In this document: one piece after another, positions 38,287 through 49,700 of the stretch
How the letters are laid out: each line of letters begins with the position of its first letter
How positions within the stretch are numbered: the first letter of the stretch is position 1
Origin: Planctomycetota bacterium
Lineage (GTDB): Bacteria > Planctomycetota > Uabimicrobiia > Uabimicrobiales > Uabimicrobiaceae
Length of the DNA: 64,000 nucleotides
Direction of reading: 5' to 3'
Assembly (NCBI GenBank): GCA_029260735.1
Contig: JAJDCR010000015.1
Location: forward strand, 65,825 to 129,824
Made by a program: the position numbers and the translations under genes
The notes under the pieces: generated by a model
The model's database searches: none
The model's input: the letters and a program-made list of their open reading frames with translations, nothing else
Told to the model about the DNA's origin: nothing

Positions 38287-39420
38287 CTAGTCGGAAATAT
38301 TTTGAAGAGTGACCTTTAAATCCATTTGTTTTTTTTCTCTTTGAACTGTAACAGTTACTTTTGTCCCTACGTCGTATAAATCTATTGCTTTATAAAGATC
38401 GTTAACCGTTTTGACAGACTCGCTATTAATTGCTATTATAATGTCCCCTAAGACAGCTTGGCCAGAAGGACTCCGTTTTGTAGGAACTATTCCCGCTTGA
38501 TCGGCACCACTCCCAGGAAAAACTCTTAAAACAAGAAGGCCTTCTAATCGACGATTGATGTAATCTTGAGCAAGAGTAACTCCCAATCCTGCTCGTTTTA
38601 CTTTTCCATAGCGAATCAATTGAGGAACAACAAAGTTTACTGTATCGGCAGGTACAGCAAACCCTACTCCGGCATAGGCTCCCGAAGGGCTATAAATAGC
38701 AGTATTCACTCCTATTAGACGACCAGCACTATCGAGAAGAGGTCCTCCTGAATTTCCCGGGTTAATAGCAGCATCGGTTTGGATTACTCCTTGGATAGGG
38801 CGCCCTGTACCCGCTTGAATTTCTCGTCCCAATCCACTAATAACGCCTGTAGTTAGAGTATAGTCTAAACCGAAGGGATTGCCTATTGCAAAAACTTTTT
38901 GTCCCACCTTAAGATCGCTAGACTCTCCGACGGCCAATGGACGAAGAACATTTTTAGGTGCATTGATTTTTAAAACGGCGAGATCTTTATCAGGAGCAAT
39001 TCCTACAAGGTTTGCCTTCCATACAGAATGATCAAAAAGCATTACTTCAGCAGCTTGGGCTTTTTGGATAACATGAAAATTGGTCACAATGTAGCCCTCT
39101 TCATTCCAAATAAACCCTGAACCTGTTCCTGCAGGTATTTTATGAACGTTCATAGTGAAAAAATCACGTTTCACAGATATAGTTGTGATATAAACAACAG
39201 AAGGAGATGCCTTTTCAAATAACTCAATAGTCGATTTTTCATCTTCTGCTAAATCACCACGAGCGATAACTGTTCGAGGTTCATATTTTTCTGTAGAAAA
39301 ATTTTCCCTCCAATGCTGGGCAAATAAATAGACTATACAAATAATCAACAAAACGTTAAGAATGCGATTTAAACGTCTTTCTCTTCTTTCTCTTTTTTCA
39401 TAAATAAAAGGCATAGTCAT
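38287..39420 (-). CDS. htrA: HtrA/DegP-family serine endoprotease with one PDZ domain, N-terminal membrane anchor
   Basis: Trypsin-fold catalytic triad context (TNFHVI...DLAVLKI...GNSGGPLLDSAGRLIGVNTAI) and a C-terminal PDZ (GLGVTLAQ...GDIIIAINSESVKTVNDL). Confidence 0.9.
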   Translation of the reverse strand: MTMPFIYEKRERRERRLNRILNVLLIICIVYLFAQHWRENFSTEKYEPRTVIARGDLAEDEKSTIELFEKASPSVVYITTISVKRDFFTMNVHKIPAGTGSGFIWNEEGYIVTNFHVIQKAQAAEVMLFDHSVWKANLVGIAPDKDLAVLKINAPKNVLRPLAVGESSDLKVGQKVFAIGNPFGLDYTLTTGVISGLGREIQAGTGRPIQGVIQTDAAINPGNSGGPLLDSAGRLIGVNTAIYSPSGAYAGVGFAVPADTVNFVVPQLIRYGKVKRAGLGVTLAQDYINRRLEGLLVLRVFPGSGADQAGIVPTKRSPSGQAVLGDIIIAINSESVKTVNDLYKAIDLYDVGTKVTVTVQREKKQMDLKVTLQNISD

Positions 39421-39448
39421 TCTTTCCCATTATAGTAATTAGTAATTT

Positions 39449-42400
39449 CTAATTTTCTTGCATCAGCTCTTCATTAAAGGGAGAGGCATCCCAAACTCGA
39501 ATTGTCTGATCATAACTCGTTGAAATAATTTTATAACCATCTGGAGAAAAAATGCAAGAGGTAACTCTATCTAAATGACCATCCAAAGTCAATATAGCTG
39601 TTTTTTCTTCTCGTGGAGTATTATTAGTGGCATCCCAAATTTTTATTTTATCGTCCATACTACCTGTCGCAACGCGTCTTCCATTGGGGCTAAAAGAGCA
39701 GCATAAAAGATTGCGGGTGTGACCAATAAAACGAGTAATGATTTCTTGCTTTTGGACATCCCATAAAAGTAAAGAATCCAAAGTTCCTTCAGAAGCAGAG
39801 ATTAATTTTTTACCATCTGGACTAAATTCTATTTGATTGACAGGATATTTATTGCCTTGTAAAACACCTTGAACTTTATCTGCTTCTAAATTGTAAAGAT
39901 ATATACGAGAGTCTTCTCCTGATGCAGCTAAAATTTTGCTGTTAGGATGAAAAGCACAAGTATTAACATCTGCTCGGTGTTGGTATTTTTTGATAATTTT
40001 TCCTGTTTGCACTTCTCTTATGATGACTTGATTATCTTTTCCCGCTGAGGCTAAGAGCTGTCCATCAGGGCTAAAAGTACAAGTCAAGATTTGTCCGGTA
40101 TGCTCTGACCATTTATGTAATATTTTTCCTGTTTTTAAGCTCCATATACCAAGAGTTCTATCATTGCCTGCTGTGGCTAAAATAGAGTTCACCAGATTAA
40201 AATCCATTTGATTTACAGAAGAAAGATGCCCAGCAAAGGGTATAGTTTTAGGAGTTTTCTCAATAAAGTCTTTTCCCTCAGGAAAAGACCAAACCCTTAC
40301 TCCGAAATAGACTCGCGGGGAAGCTGCCAATATTTTACCATCGGAACTAATTCCACAGGAATATAAGACGCTTCCCTCCTTATGAAAAAGACTCGGGTGT
40401 TTTCTCTCTTTGGCCTTAATATTCCAGAGCTTGAGTCTGCCTGTTGCACTGACAGAAACAAGCTGTTCTCCTCTAGAAGTATAAACACAGCGATTTATTT
40501 TGCCGACATGCCCTCCCAAAATAGATGTAGGCTGAGGTTTCTTAATATTCCACAGATAAACATTGTGGTCGTAACCTCCAGAGGCAAAGGTTTCACTATC
40601 GGGAGAAAATACAACTGTCTTAACTTTATCGGAATGTCCCACGTATGTTCGAAGAAGCTTTCCTCTTTTATAATCCCAAAGTCGGATCGTTCGGTCATAA
40701 CTTCCTGAAAGTAAATATTTTCCATCAGGACTAAAAGAACAGCTTTCCACTTTTTCTCGATGGGCTTTCAAAATATGAACTAGTTGGTAGGTCTGAGCAT
40801 CCCAAAGGGCAATAAGAGCATTGTCTCCTGTTGTAGCAAAAAACTTTCCATCAGGACTAAAGACACAACTAAAAATGTTGCTATTCCAAGTTTGGTTGTT
40901 AACTGTTTTTAGTTTTTTAATAGTTTTACCTGTTTTGATATCCCAAACAAGAATAGACTCTTGATTAGGGATAAGAGTTTCATTGTCTCGCGCTTCATAG
41001 GTAGATAATATGCTTTTTCCATCAGGAGAGAAAAGGCAAGAGGTCACTGCTTTTTCAAAAGTTAGAATTTTTTCTGCTTGTCCTGTTTGTACATTCCATA
41101 AAATGATTTTTCCATCAGCTCCTCCTGTCGCTAATAGCGTTCCATTGAGATTAAAGTCACAGCTAGTTACCTTTTGAGAGTGACCTTTAAACACTTGAAC
41201 GATTTTTTCTTTAACTAAATCAAAGAGTATAACTTCATTCATCATACAAACGGCAACAATGTTGCTCTCTGGCTTCATTTTACACTCATCAGGGTGACCT
41301 CGAAGAAGCCAACTCTTATCTTCATAATGAATCCGTCGTTGAATCCAGTTCCATTCCCAATCTCGAAGATCATTTTGATGTTTTTCCAAGTGCTCAAGGA
41401 GATTAAGAGCATCTAAGGTTTTATTTTCGTCAGCGTATTTGTTTGCTAAGATAATATTCGCATAGTAGGCCGAGTCAGAAGCTTCTTTCCGGGCCTGCTC
41501 TTCTTTTCGGAGAGCTTTTTCTTTCTCCTCTATCGCGATTAAAGTAATTTGTCTCTCATCTTCTACTTTTTGCTTTTCTCGCTCTACGTTTTTCTTTTCT
41601 TCCTTTACTTTTTCTCTTTCTATTTCGGCCACTCTTTGGGCTTCAACAGCAACATTTCTTTCATGTTGAATTCCCAGAATAAAGAGAGTTAGACTAAGGG
41701 AAAAAACCATTAAAGCAATTGCTATAACCAAAGATATATTTCGATTGCGAATAAGCCATTTTTTTATTTTTGTCGATGTTGTGGGAGGTTTTGCTTTGAT
41801 CGGTTTGTTGTCTAAATAGTTTTGGAGTTCTTTGCTTAAAGACCTGGCACTGGAATAGCGTTTTTCTGGTTTTTTCTCTAGACATTTTAGGCAAATGGCT
41901 TCCAGTTCTTTAGGAATGTCGGGGTTAAGAAGAGAAGGAGAGACAGGTTCTTCTCCGTAAACCTGCCGCAAAATATTTAAATATGTTTCCCCTTGAAAAG
42001 GACCACGCCCGGTTAACACTTCATAAAGAGTTGCTCCCAGAGAATAAACATCTGCTCGATGATCCACATTTCCATCCGCTTGTTCAGGGGGCATATAAGC
42101 AGGAGTTCCCATCATACCACCGGTTTGAGAGAGTTTTTCATCGCTATCAGTAATTTTTACTAGCCCAAAATCCATAATCTTAGGCTCATTCTCTTTTGTT
42201 AGCATAATATTTGAAGGCTTAATATCTCGGTGAATAATGCCATTTTCATGGGCAAGATGAAGAGCATCGCAGCATTTTTGGATAATTTTAACAAAGAGAG
42301 AAAGCTTTAATTTTTTCTCTCGGATAGCATTAGAGAGTGTTCCTCCCACAATATGCTCCATTGTGAAGTAGTTTTGGGGTTCGCTTCCTACTTCATAAAC

Positions 42401-42952
42401 TTCCACAATATTCGGATGTCTTAATTGAGCGGTGGCTTTTGCTTCTCTCAAAAAACGTTTAATTTGTATAGGATGCAAATTTCCTTCCGATAAAACCACT
42501 TTCAAAGCAACAGTTCTCTCCAGCTTAGTATCATAAACCTGATAAACCGCTCCCATTCCTCCACGACCTAATTCTTTTTCGATTCGATAATGAGCAAACA
42601 TTCCCATTGTTTGAACTTTTTGATGTGAGGAGATGTGAATAACTCCTTGGCACTTTTCACAAGTAATCGTATTGCCTGGAGTATTTTCTTTCGGGAGAAA
42701 ATAGATTTCTGAGCAAGAGGGACAAGTAAATATATGTAAGCTCATTTTTTCAAATATTTCACTCATCTTTTGATTACTAGCATACCCCTTTGATACTAAG
42801 ATAGAACTTAAGTTTGCACTTCTCCCTGTTTTTTCAACCTTGTCCAGTATTTGCATGCACTCTTGAACATGTTCTCCTTTGATTAACTTATAATCAATAA
42901 GTACACTGGAAAGGAGCTTGTCTTTTTGTGATGCCATAGGGCGTGTCCTCAT
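39449..42952 (-). CDS. Ser/Thr protein kinase - TM - coiled coil - WD40 beta-propeller protein
   Basis: Cys-rich N-terminus (CPSCSE...CEKCQG), Hanks motifs (LGRGGMGAVYQ, ALKVV, HRDIKPSNIML, DFGLVK, PPE), a TM helix, an EK-rich coiled coil and >12 WD40 repeats (GH...WD/WN). The true start is probably the second Met (42937, MASQKDK), because the first codons lie inside the repeated motif at 42938-42958. Confidence 0.9.
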   Translation of the reverse strand: MRTRPMASQKDKLLSSVLIDYKLIKGEHVQECMQILDKVEKTGRSANLSSILVSKGYASNQKMSEIFEKMSLHIFTCPSCSEIYFLPKENTPGNTITCEKCQGVIHISSHQKVQTMGMFAHYRIEKELGRGGMGAVYQVYDTKLERTVALKVVLSEGNLHPIQIKRFLREAKATAQLRHPNIVEVYEVGSEPQNYFTMEHIVGGTLSNAIREKKLKLSLFVKIIQKCCDALHLAHENGIIHRDIKPSNIMLTKENEPKIMDFGLVKITDSDEKLSQTGGMMGTPAYMPPEQADGNVDHRADVYSLGATLYEVLTGRGPFQGETYLNILRQVYGEEPVSPSLLNPDIPKELEAICLKCLEKKPEKRYSSARSLSKELQNYLDNKPIKAKPPTTSTKIKKWLIRNRNISLVIAIALMVFSLSLTLFILGIQHERNVAVEAQRVAEIEREKVKEEKKNVEREKQKVEDERQITLIAIEEKEKALRKEEQARKEASDSAYYANIILANKYADENKTLDALNLLEHLEKHQNDLRDWEWNWIQRRIHYEDKSWLLRGHPDECKMKPESNIVAVCMMNEVILFDLVKEKIVQVFKGHSQKVTSCDFNLNGTLLATGGADGKIILWNVQTGQAEKILTFEKAVTSCLFSPDGKSILSTYEARDNETLIPNQESILVWDIKTGKTIKKLKTVNNQTWNSNIFSCVFSPDGKFFATTGDNALIALWDAQTYQLVHILKAHREKVESCSFSPDGKYLLSGSYDRTIRLWDYKRGKLLRTYVGHSDKVKTVVFSPDSETFASGGYDHNVYLWNIKKPQPTSILGGHVGKINRCVYTSRGEQLVSVSATGRLKLWNIKAKERKHPSLFHKEGSVLYSCGISSDGKILAASPRVYFGVRVWSFPEGKDFIEKTPKTIPFAGHLSSVNQMDFNLVNSILATAGNDRTLGIWSLKTGKILHKWSEHTGQILTCTFSPDGQLLASAGKDNQVIIREVQTGKIIKKYQHRADVNTCAFHPNSKILAASGEDSRIYLYNLEADKVQGVLQGNKYPVNQIEFSPDGKKLISASEGTLDSLLLWDVQKQEIITRFIGHTRNLLCCSFSPNGRRVATGSMDDKIKIWDATNNTPREEKTAILTLDGHLDRVTSCIFSPDGYKIISTSYDQTIRVWDASPFNEELMQEN

Positions 42953-42958
42953 TCAGCT
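42938..42958 (+). repeat. Solo copy of the small-element terminal motif AGGGCGTGTCCTCATTCAGCT
   Basis: Matches the left TIR of the element at 53480-53500 with one mismatch, and the following ~25 nt (TTTTTTTACTTTTTTTAG) also resemble the element core. An inverted partner AGGACACGCCCT lies at 43730-43741. Confidence 0.6.
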
Positions 42959-43129
42959 TTTTTTTACTTTTTTTACTTTTTTTAGAAAATTTGGGGAAAA
43001 ATTTCTTTCCTATTGCCATCCCAAAATGAAAAGATTATGATATATTTTCACAAAATTGATAAAATCAAGGAAACTCAGCTTTCATGAGAATGATAGCAGT
43101 AGGTTCTAGGTTCCTTTAAGGTTTGCCTT

Positions 43130-43729
43130 ATGTATGAGTATAGTTATGCCATCCAAGATGTTTTGGATAATGTGGGCCAAATTGAAAAAATTGTATGGGA
43201 CATAAAAGAGGGGACTTTTCCCTTGTCTTTTTTTGATGAACAAGAAAATGTTGTTGATCTTTTTCCTGTGGATTGTGAAGGGGAATGCGTAGAATCATTG
43301 AGTTTGGATGATCAGCTGACACTCATTGAGCAAAATATAGAAGTTATGTCATTTATTCCCCCAGAAGATCCGCTAGAGTTGCGCCTAGTGATTGAAAGAG
43401 GGGCCTGTCAAATAGTCCATTATTTGGCTTTGCAACAAGACCTTCGTGAGCTCTTTCAGCTGAATCAGTTTATAGAAGAGAATGAACTAAGCTTTTTAGA
43501 CTTGGTTTCATCTATGTTTTCTTCTTCTGAATTTATCAATTATGCTCAGGTCGAAGTGACAAATAATTGCACTCTCTATCAATATCAAAGAAAACAGAAT
43601 CAAGAAAAGTTTGAAATCTATAAATATCGCTTACGCAATAGTCATCTTTATTTTGAAAATTTTAAAAATAAAGAATCATCCTCTAAAAAGGTTTTATCTC
43701 CCCCCAAAAAAATAGTTATTATAAATTAG
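43130..43729 (+). CDS. Hypothetical protein (199 aa), no recognisable domain
   Basis: ATG start and coding-like composition. It lies within the 42938-43741 segment bounded by the inverted 12-mers. Confidence 0.45.
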   Translation: MYEYSYAIQDVLDNVGQIEKIVWDIKEGTFPLSFFDEQENVVDLFPVDCEGECVESLSLDDQLTLIEQNIEVMSFIPPEDPLELRLVIERGACQIVHYLALQQDLRELFQLNQFIEENELSFLDLVSSMFSSSEFINYAQVEVTNNCTLYQYQRKQNQEKFEIYKYRLRNSHLYFENFKNKESSSKKVLSPPKKIVIIN

Positions 43730-43768
43730 GACACGCCCTAGTATCAGAGTTGAAATTTGCTTCCTATC

Positions 43769-46700
43769 TTATCTTCTTTTACGAAAACGCGATGTTACTA
43801 CTCCTGTCGCTTCGTCTTTGGACATATTTAGCATAACAAGAGCGGCCTCAATATCCTTTTTGTCAAAAGATTGTAAAGCATAAGAAGAGAAAATTTTCTC
43901 TTCTTTTTCTTCCTCTGTTAAACCCCATAGTTTTTTCCGATTTGCCATCCCCAAAAGAATAGGTAGTGCTTTAGTATCACCAATTTCACCAAGGGTTCGA
44001 CAACAAGCCCTTTTTGCACTTAAACTGCTAGTTGTTTCCAGAGTTTGAATGATACTTTCTGTTGCTTCTGCGCATTTTATCTTGCCCGCCATCATAACCA
44101 TTCTTCGCTGGATATTTTCAGGGATTTTTCTCTTTAAAGTTCGAATACAAATAGGATATTGCTGAGCTGGTTTCCACCCTTCTATTATAGACATAATATT
44201 GTTTTGGATATCAAGGTTCGGGCTAGAGAGGAGTATTTCATAAAACTTTTCTTGCTTTTCTGTCAGATCTTCTAGTACATCCAGAAGTCTATTAATAACT
44301 GCAGCATCTTGCTTTGGATGTATCAATCCATCCAGTTTTTCATCGACATTTCCTTGCCAACTCCTAAGTAGTTTTGCCAGGGTTTTTCTTTCTTCTTGAT
44401 TTGTATTTTTCTGAATCTCATCTAGAAGAATAGAAGAGGATCTCTCACCTAAAGTTTCTAAAATATCATGAGAAAAAGCTTTTTGGGCTTTATCCGAAGA
44501 GAAAAGATCTTGAGCAATTTGATTAAACTCTACTTCTTCTATGAGCTCATCTAAGGTTTCGTTAATGCCCACACCTAGATCACTTCGATCTCTTTGTTTA
44601 ATTAAACCTCGTAGAAGATCATGTGCTTTCTCGAATTCTTTTTCTCTATAGAGGTTTGTTAGAGAGTATTTGGCTATATCCAACAGCTTTTGGTGAACGG
44701 TTAGGTCTGGTTCAAGAGATAGAGCTCTTTGTAATTCAATGTTAAGAGAAACCAGTAAGAGGTTTTTTACATCATGAGGAAGTCTTTGTTTAAGCTCTGA
44801 AAGTAACTCACAAACTTGGAAGCGAACTCCTGCGATCTTGGAACGTAAATTGCTTGATATTTTTGTGACCAAAGTTTGAAATTCAGTTTGATCTTGCTTC
44901 TGCAGAGTGATCATAAGTTCTTCCATTCCTTCAACCATATCAGGATTAAACAGTTCCTCTTCGTCCATTCGCATAACCAAGTTGAGTTTTTCAGCTAAAT
45001 CCAATTCCACCCATGATTTTTCATCTCCTCCAGCTAATTCTTCTATTTCTAATTCTGGTTCCATTAGCTCTTGGATTTGCATCTCTTTGTATTCTTGGTT
45101 ATTGATGATAATATTATTGGTTTTGTGACGTTGGATAAAATCAGGCCAATAGTTTTCATCTTTTTCTGCATTAGCTGGTTGAGCTAATTGATGAGAAAAA
45201 TCGAGTAACTCTTGTAAAGAAACTTCTTTACGTAATGTACAACTGTGAATATTTTGAGTATTAAAAATACGCTGTATCACAAAAATTTGATTTCCAAAGA
45301 TATGTGGGTTCGCCATATAATTCTCGACAAGAAAGTCATTGTTAGCAATGGCAAAGCTTACTTTTTCTCGCTTTTGGAAAAAAGAATCCAGCGCCTTGGT
45401 TAAAAGCTCCACAGAAAAATTGAGAAGTTTGCTTTGAGAGGGATAGAGTTGAATGTTCTCAACAGAAGCGCAGAGATAACGAATTATGTCTCGCACTAGC
45501 CGAATACTTTCTTCTCCTAAAGTATCGTCCTCAAAAGACATCTCATCAGAAGCCTGTTCTAAGTCTCCCGAAGCTTGCTTGTTAGAAACATACACTTTTT
45601 GTAAAATATCAACAGATTTAATTTCTGCTTCATCTAAGAACTCAGTCCAGTAGTCAGGATTAAGAACAATTTTTTGTCCAGGCTCACCTAAAGCCCTCAT
45701 AATTTTTTCTAGCTCATAGCTCTCAATGTTAGCATCTAAAGTCATACTGGAAATATAGTGTCCTCGTAGTAGCTGATAAAACTCTCTCACAATGGGTGTA
45801 TCTTTTTCTAACTCTGCGTTATTCAAAAGGAGATACTTGTCTTCTATCTTAGTTATAAACCCCGTTAAGTTTTTCCAAGTTTTCTCCATACTTTTGTGAA
45901 GAGCCTTCACAGAGCTAGTGATTAAACTACTTCCTTCTGGGTATCTTTGAACTTGTTGTACTGATAAGGTAAAACTGTGCATCCACGACTTTAGATCCGA
46001 AATATCATTTTCGCTAAGCTCTACAGATTCAACAAATACTCTTTTCATACGACGGTTCAAATTCCCATTAAACATGTCCAGGTCTTCATCAGGCTCAAAA
46101 AGCTTTCTGCGTTCTTTTTCCCGCTTAGTAACCTGTGGATCTAAAGGAGAATTACCATAGCGAGATGATCGGTTGAGATGATGAGTTAAACCATGGCCTT
46201 CCCGACCGTCTCCTACCTTGTAGCGATTCATGAGTTGACTAACTTTTTCATGTACTCGACTTCGCATACTTTCATCAGCAATCTCATAGTAAATAAGATT
46301 CTGAAAGCTACTTTGTTTAAATCGAAAAACATCTTCCTCCGTTTCTTCGACTAAACCTAGTTGCTTTGCTTCTTCTATGAATTGACGTACTTGATCACCG
46401 GAGTATTCACTCGTTTCTTCTAGATAGTTAAAAGAAAAAGGATCTCCGATAACAGCAGCTTGCTGAATAAGAAGAGAAGATTCGCTTTGAAACTCTTTCA
46501 CTAGTTCTAAAATTAATTCTTCTAAACTGGCGGGAAGATCACCTTCTTCTATATCAAAAAACCATATCTCGCCTTTTTTTATTAGTTTTTCTCGATAGTA
46601 AAGAAGAGTTAAAGCATTTTCAATATAAGAAGCATTTCCTTGAGATAAGTCGTTTAAGATCCGAACTGTTTCAAGTGGATCGTAATCTTCTAAAACAGTA

Positions 46701-49700
46701 CTTAAAAAGCCCCGGATTTCTTCACTCGATAATCCTGGAAGAGACATCTCTTGCCAATTAGCTCTAGACCTAAACCGTTCTTCTAGTTTAAAAAAAGGAG
46801 TTTCGTCCACAATTAAATCGGTATTAATGGTTGCAATAACTTGTATGTTTACTTTCTGAATTCGAAGAAAATAATCGAAGACATAAAGAGTAACTTGATC
46901 TACATATTGAATATCATCAAGTAAAATAGCTAACTTTTCATCTTTTGCGATGTACTCTAAAAGAAAGCATATTCCTTCGTAAGTTGTTTTACGTATTTTT
47001 TCTAAGGGGACATTTGGAGATATTTTACTCGTTTTTACAGGGCGTAAAAAACGCAACAACGGTTTTAAGAAATGAATTTCTTCATCCCACATTTGTTTGA
47101 CAGCTTCTTCAATTTCCCCTGGTTTATCCATGAAGTATTGGTCTATAATTCTAGCAACACAACTATAAGGCTCCTCTATTTCAGCTTCTCGGCAACTATG
47201 GTAAAAGGCAAAACCAGCAAGTGCTTGGATTTCCCGCAAAAGCTTTGTCTTTCCGTACCCACGAGGAGAAGAAAACAATAAGATTTTTGCCGTTTCGGAG
47301 ACCAAAACACTTTTGGCTTGCTCTATTTCTTTTTCACATCCGAGCAATACAGGAGAAGAAAAATCAACAGCGGTAAGTACTAAGTTAGTACTAGAAGTAG
47401 GTGTTACAATAGCATTGCCACCTTTTTCCTTCACTTGAATTAAAGATTCTTGTCCCTTATCAATTAAATCATTGACCTTGTCATTTTCGCCAGAAAAAGC
47501 CAAAACAACACCGCTTAAACTAAGCTTTATTTGAGTTTCTGCAGCAGATGGATCTCCCTGAAATTTTTCTACATACTTGCGGGTTGTTTCTGCTAAGAGA
47601 AAAGATTTTCGAGAATTGGAGTAAGGCATCACTAAAGTAAAAGTTCCTGTACTTATCTCTCTATAAATATGCGCTCGGCCTTCAAGGGCAGAAATTAAAG
47701 CATCGAGAATATTTTCAAGAATTTCTTGGGTTTTAAGAGCCCCATAGAATTGAACATAGCTCTCAAAGTTATCTAAGTCGAGAATTATGAAAGATCCTGG
47801 AGTGTCTGTATCGAAGAGCTCTTGTAATTTTTCCTCTAGGTGCTCTCTTCCTTCTAGATGAAATACCTCTTTTTTTTCTTCTGATTCCATCATTTGAGAA
47901 TCTTCAGAAGACGAACTTTCTAAAGGATACTCTTTGTCTTGAAAACCTTTGTAGGAAACGTTTTTGACAGAATCCTCCTCAGAATTCTCTTCAGAAGATG
48001 GACTTTCAGAAGATCGACTTTCCAGAGGATACTCTTTGTTTTGAGAACCTTTGTAGGAAACGTTCTCAATAGAATCATCTACAGGAGACTCTCGAGAAGA
48101 TGGACTTTCAGAGGGATGCTCCATCTTTTGAAGATCTTCGAGAAACGAGTTTTCTTCCGGAACTCGTTTTTGGGTATCTTTCTCTTTGGAGTCTTTAAGT
48201 AAGCGCTCTGTTTGAATGAAAGCAGAGTGCCTCATAGTGTCAAAGAAAGACTTTGTTTCTCCAGATTCACAATTCGCAGAATCTGGAAAAGGATCCTCGC
48301 CATGTATTCCCGTTTGATTATTTGATTTAGTGATACTTCCTGTTTGTTCTGTATCCTTTTCCTTAGGTAAAGGAACTCTTTTTATCTTTTTAATGGAAGA
48401 AGATTTTAATTCATCTAATTTTTTTTGGGCATTGAGTTGAACTAGTTTGGGATCTATTTTCTCCGTATTACTTGGTCCCGATGTTATTTCTCTGGGCTCG
48501 CTAGGAGGACTCACTTTGAACATTTTTCTTGAGCGAGAGGCAGCCAAGTTAGCAGGATCTATTTTCTCTGTTGAGCTAGGGCCAAAGGTAATATTTTCTT
48601 TTGAAGAAGGAGCTTTTGATCTAATACCTGGATTAGAAGGTGGGTCTTGAGCTTTCAATCTTTTTGTATTGGAAAATGATGCGGTGTCATCCGTTCGCTG
48701 AGAAGAAGATTTAAATCTAATTCCTGTGAATGTTTTACTTGGGTCTAAGTTACTTGTATTACTAGGACCGGAAGTTATCCCTTGTCGCTCAGTGCTTGAT
48801 GGATTTTTACTAGGGGGAGAAATCATTATCGTTGGATCTGGCTTTTCTCCCACATCTAATTTTTCCAAATCTGTTTTACTAGGGGGAGAAATCATCATCG
48901 TTGGATCTAGTTTTTCTCCCGCATCTAATTTTTTCAAATCTGCTTTACTAGGAGGAGAAATCATCATCGTTGGATCTAGTTTTTCTCCCGCATCTAGTTT
49001 TTTCAAATCTGCTTTACTAGGGGGAGAAATCATCATCGTTGGATCTGGCTTTTTCCCCACATCCAATTTTTCCAAATCTGTTTTACTAGGGGGAGGAAAC
49101 ATGACTGTGGGATCAATATTTTCCTCAAGATCAAGCTTTCCATCTGTCTTAAATATCTTTACAGCCGCTAATTCTTCTGGAGAAAATTTTTCCGTCGAGC
49201 CACCTTCTTGATTAGCTATTTTATTTTCTAGAGCAGACCGAGGTAAAATTGCTTTGGCTTTTTTATCTCCAAACATTTTCTTAGTAGTGTTCTCTGGAAT
49301 AGAGGGGGAAGCGGGACTTACCACATCTGCCTGTGGACCACTTGATTGTAAGAATTTTTCCAGATCTTGCTTCATTTCTCGAGCGGTTTGGTAGCGCATT
49401 CTCTTATCGCGATGCAGTGATTTTAGGCAAATCTTTTCAAGAAAAGAAGAGATTTCAGGCTTTTTGCTACGCGGAGGAATGATATCTCCGTTACTTAGTC
49501 TTGCCAGAATAACATCAATAGTATCTCCCTGAAAAAGAGTCTCTCCTACAATCATTTCGTATAAAACAGCTCCCAAGGAATAAATATCTGCGCGAGAATC
49601 TATTTTAGCATCACCATGAGCTTGTTCATAGGACATATAAGAGATAGTTCCCATGATAAGACCTGTTTGAGAAATAGCAGGGACATCGCTATTGAGAAAC

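Noticed and set aside
48726-49211. 161-aa plus-strand ORF / possible CRISPR-like array
   Set aside because: It is the antisense reading of the 63-bp in-frame tandem repeats inside the giant kinase gene. The repeats are contiguous with no unique spacers, so this is not a CRISPR array.
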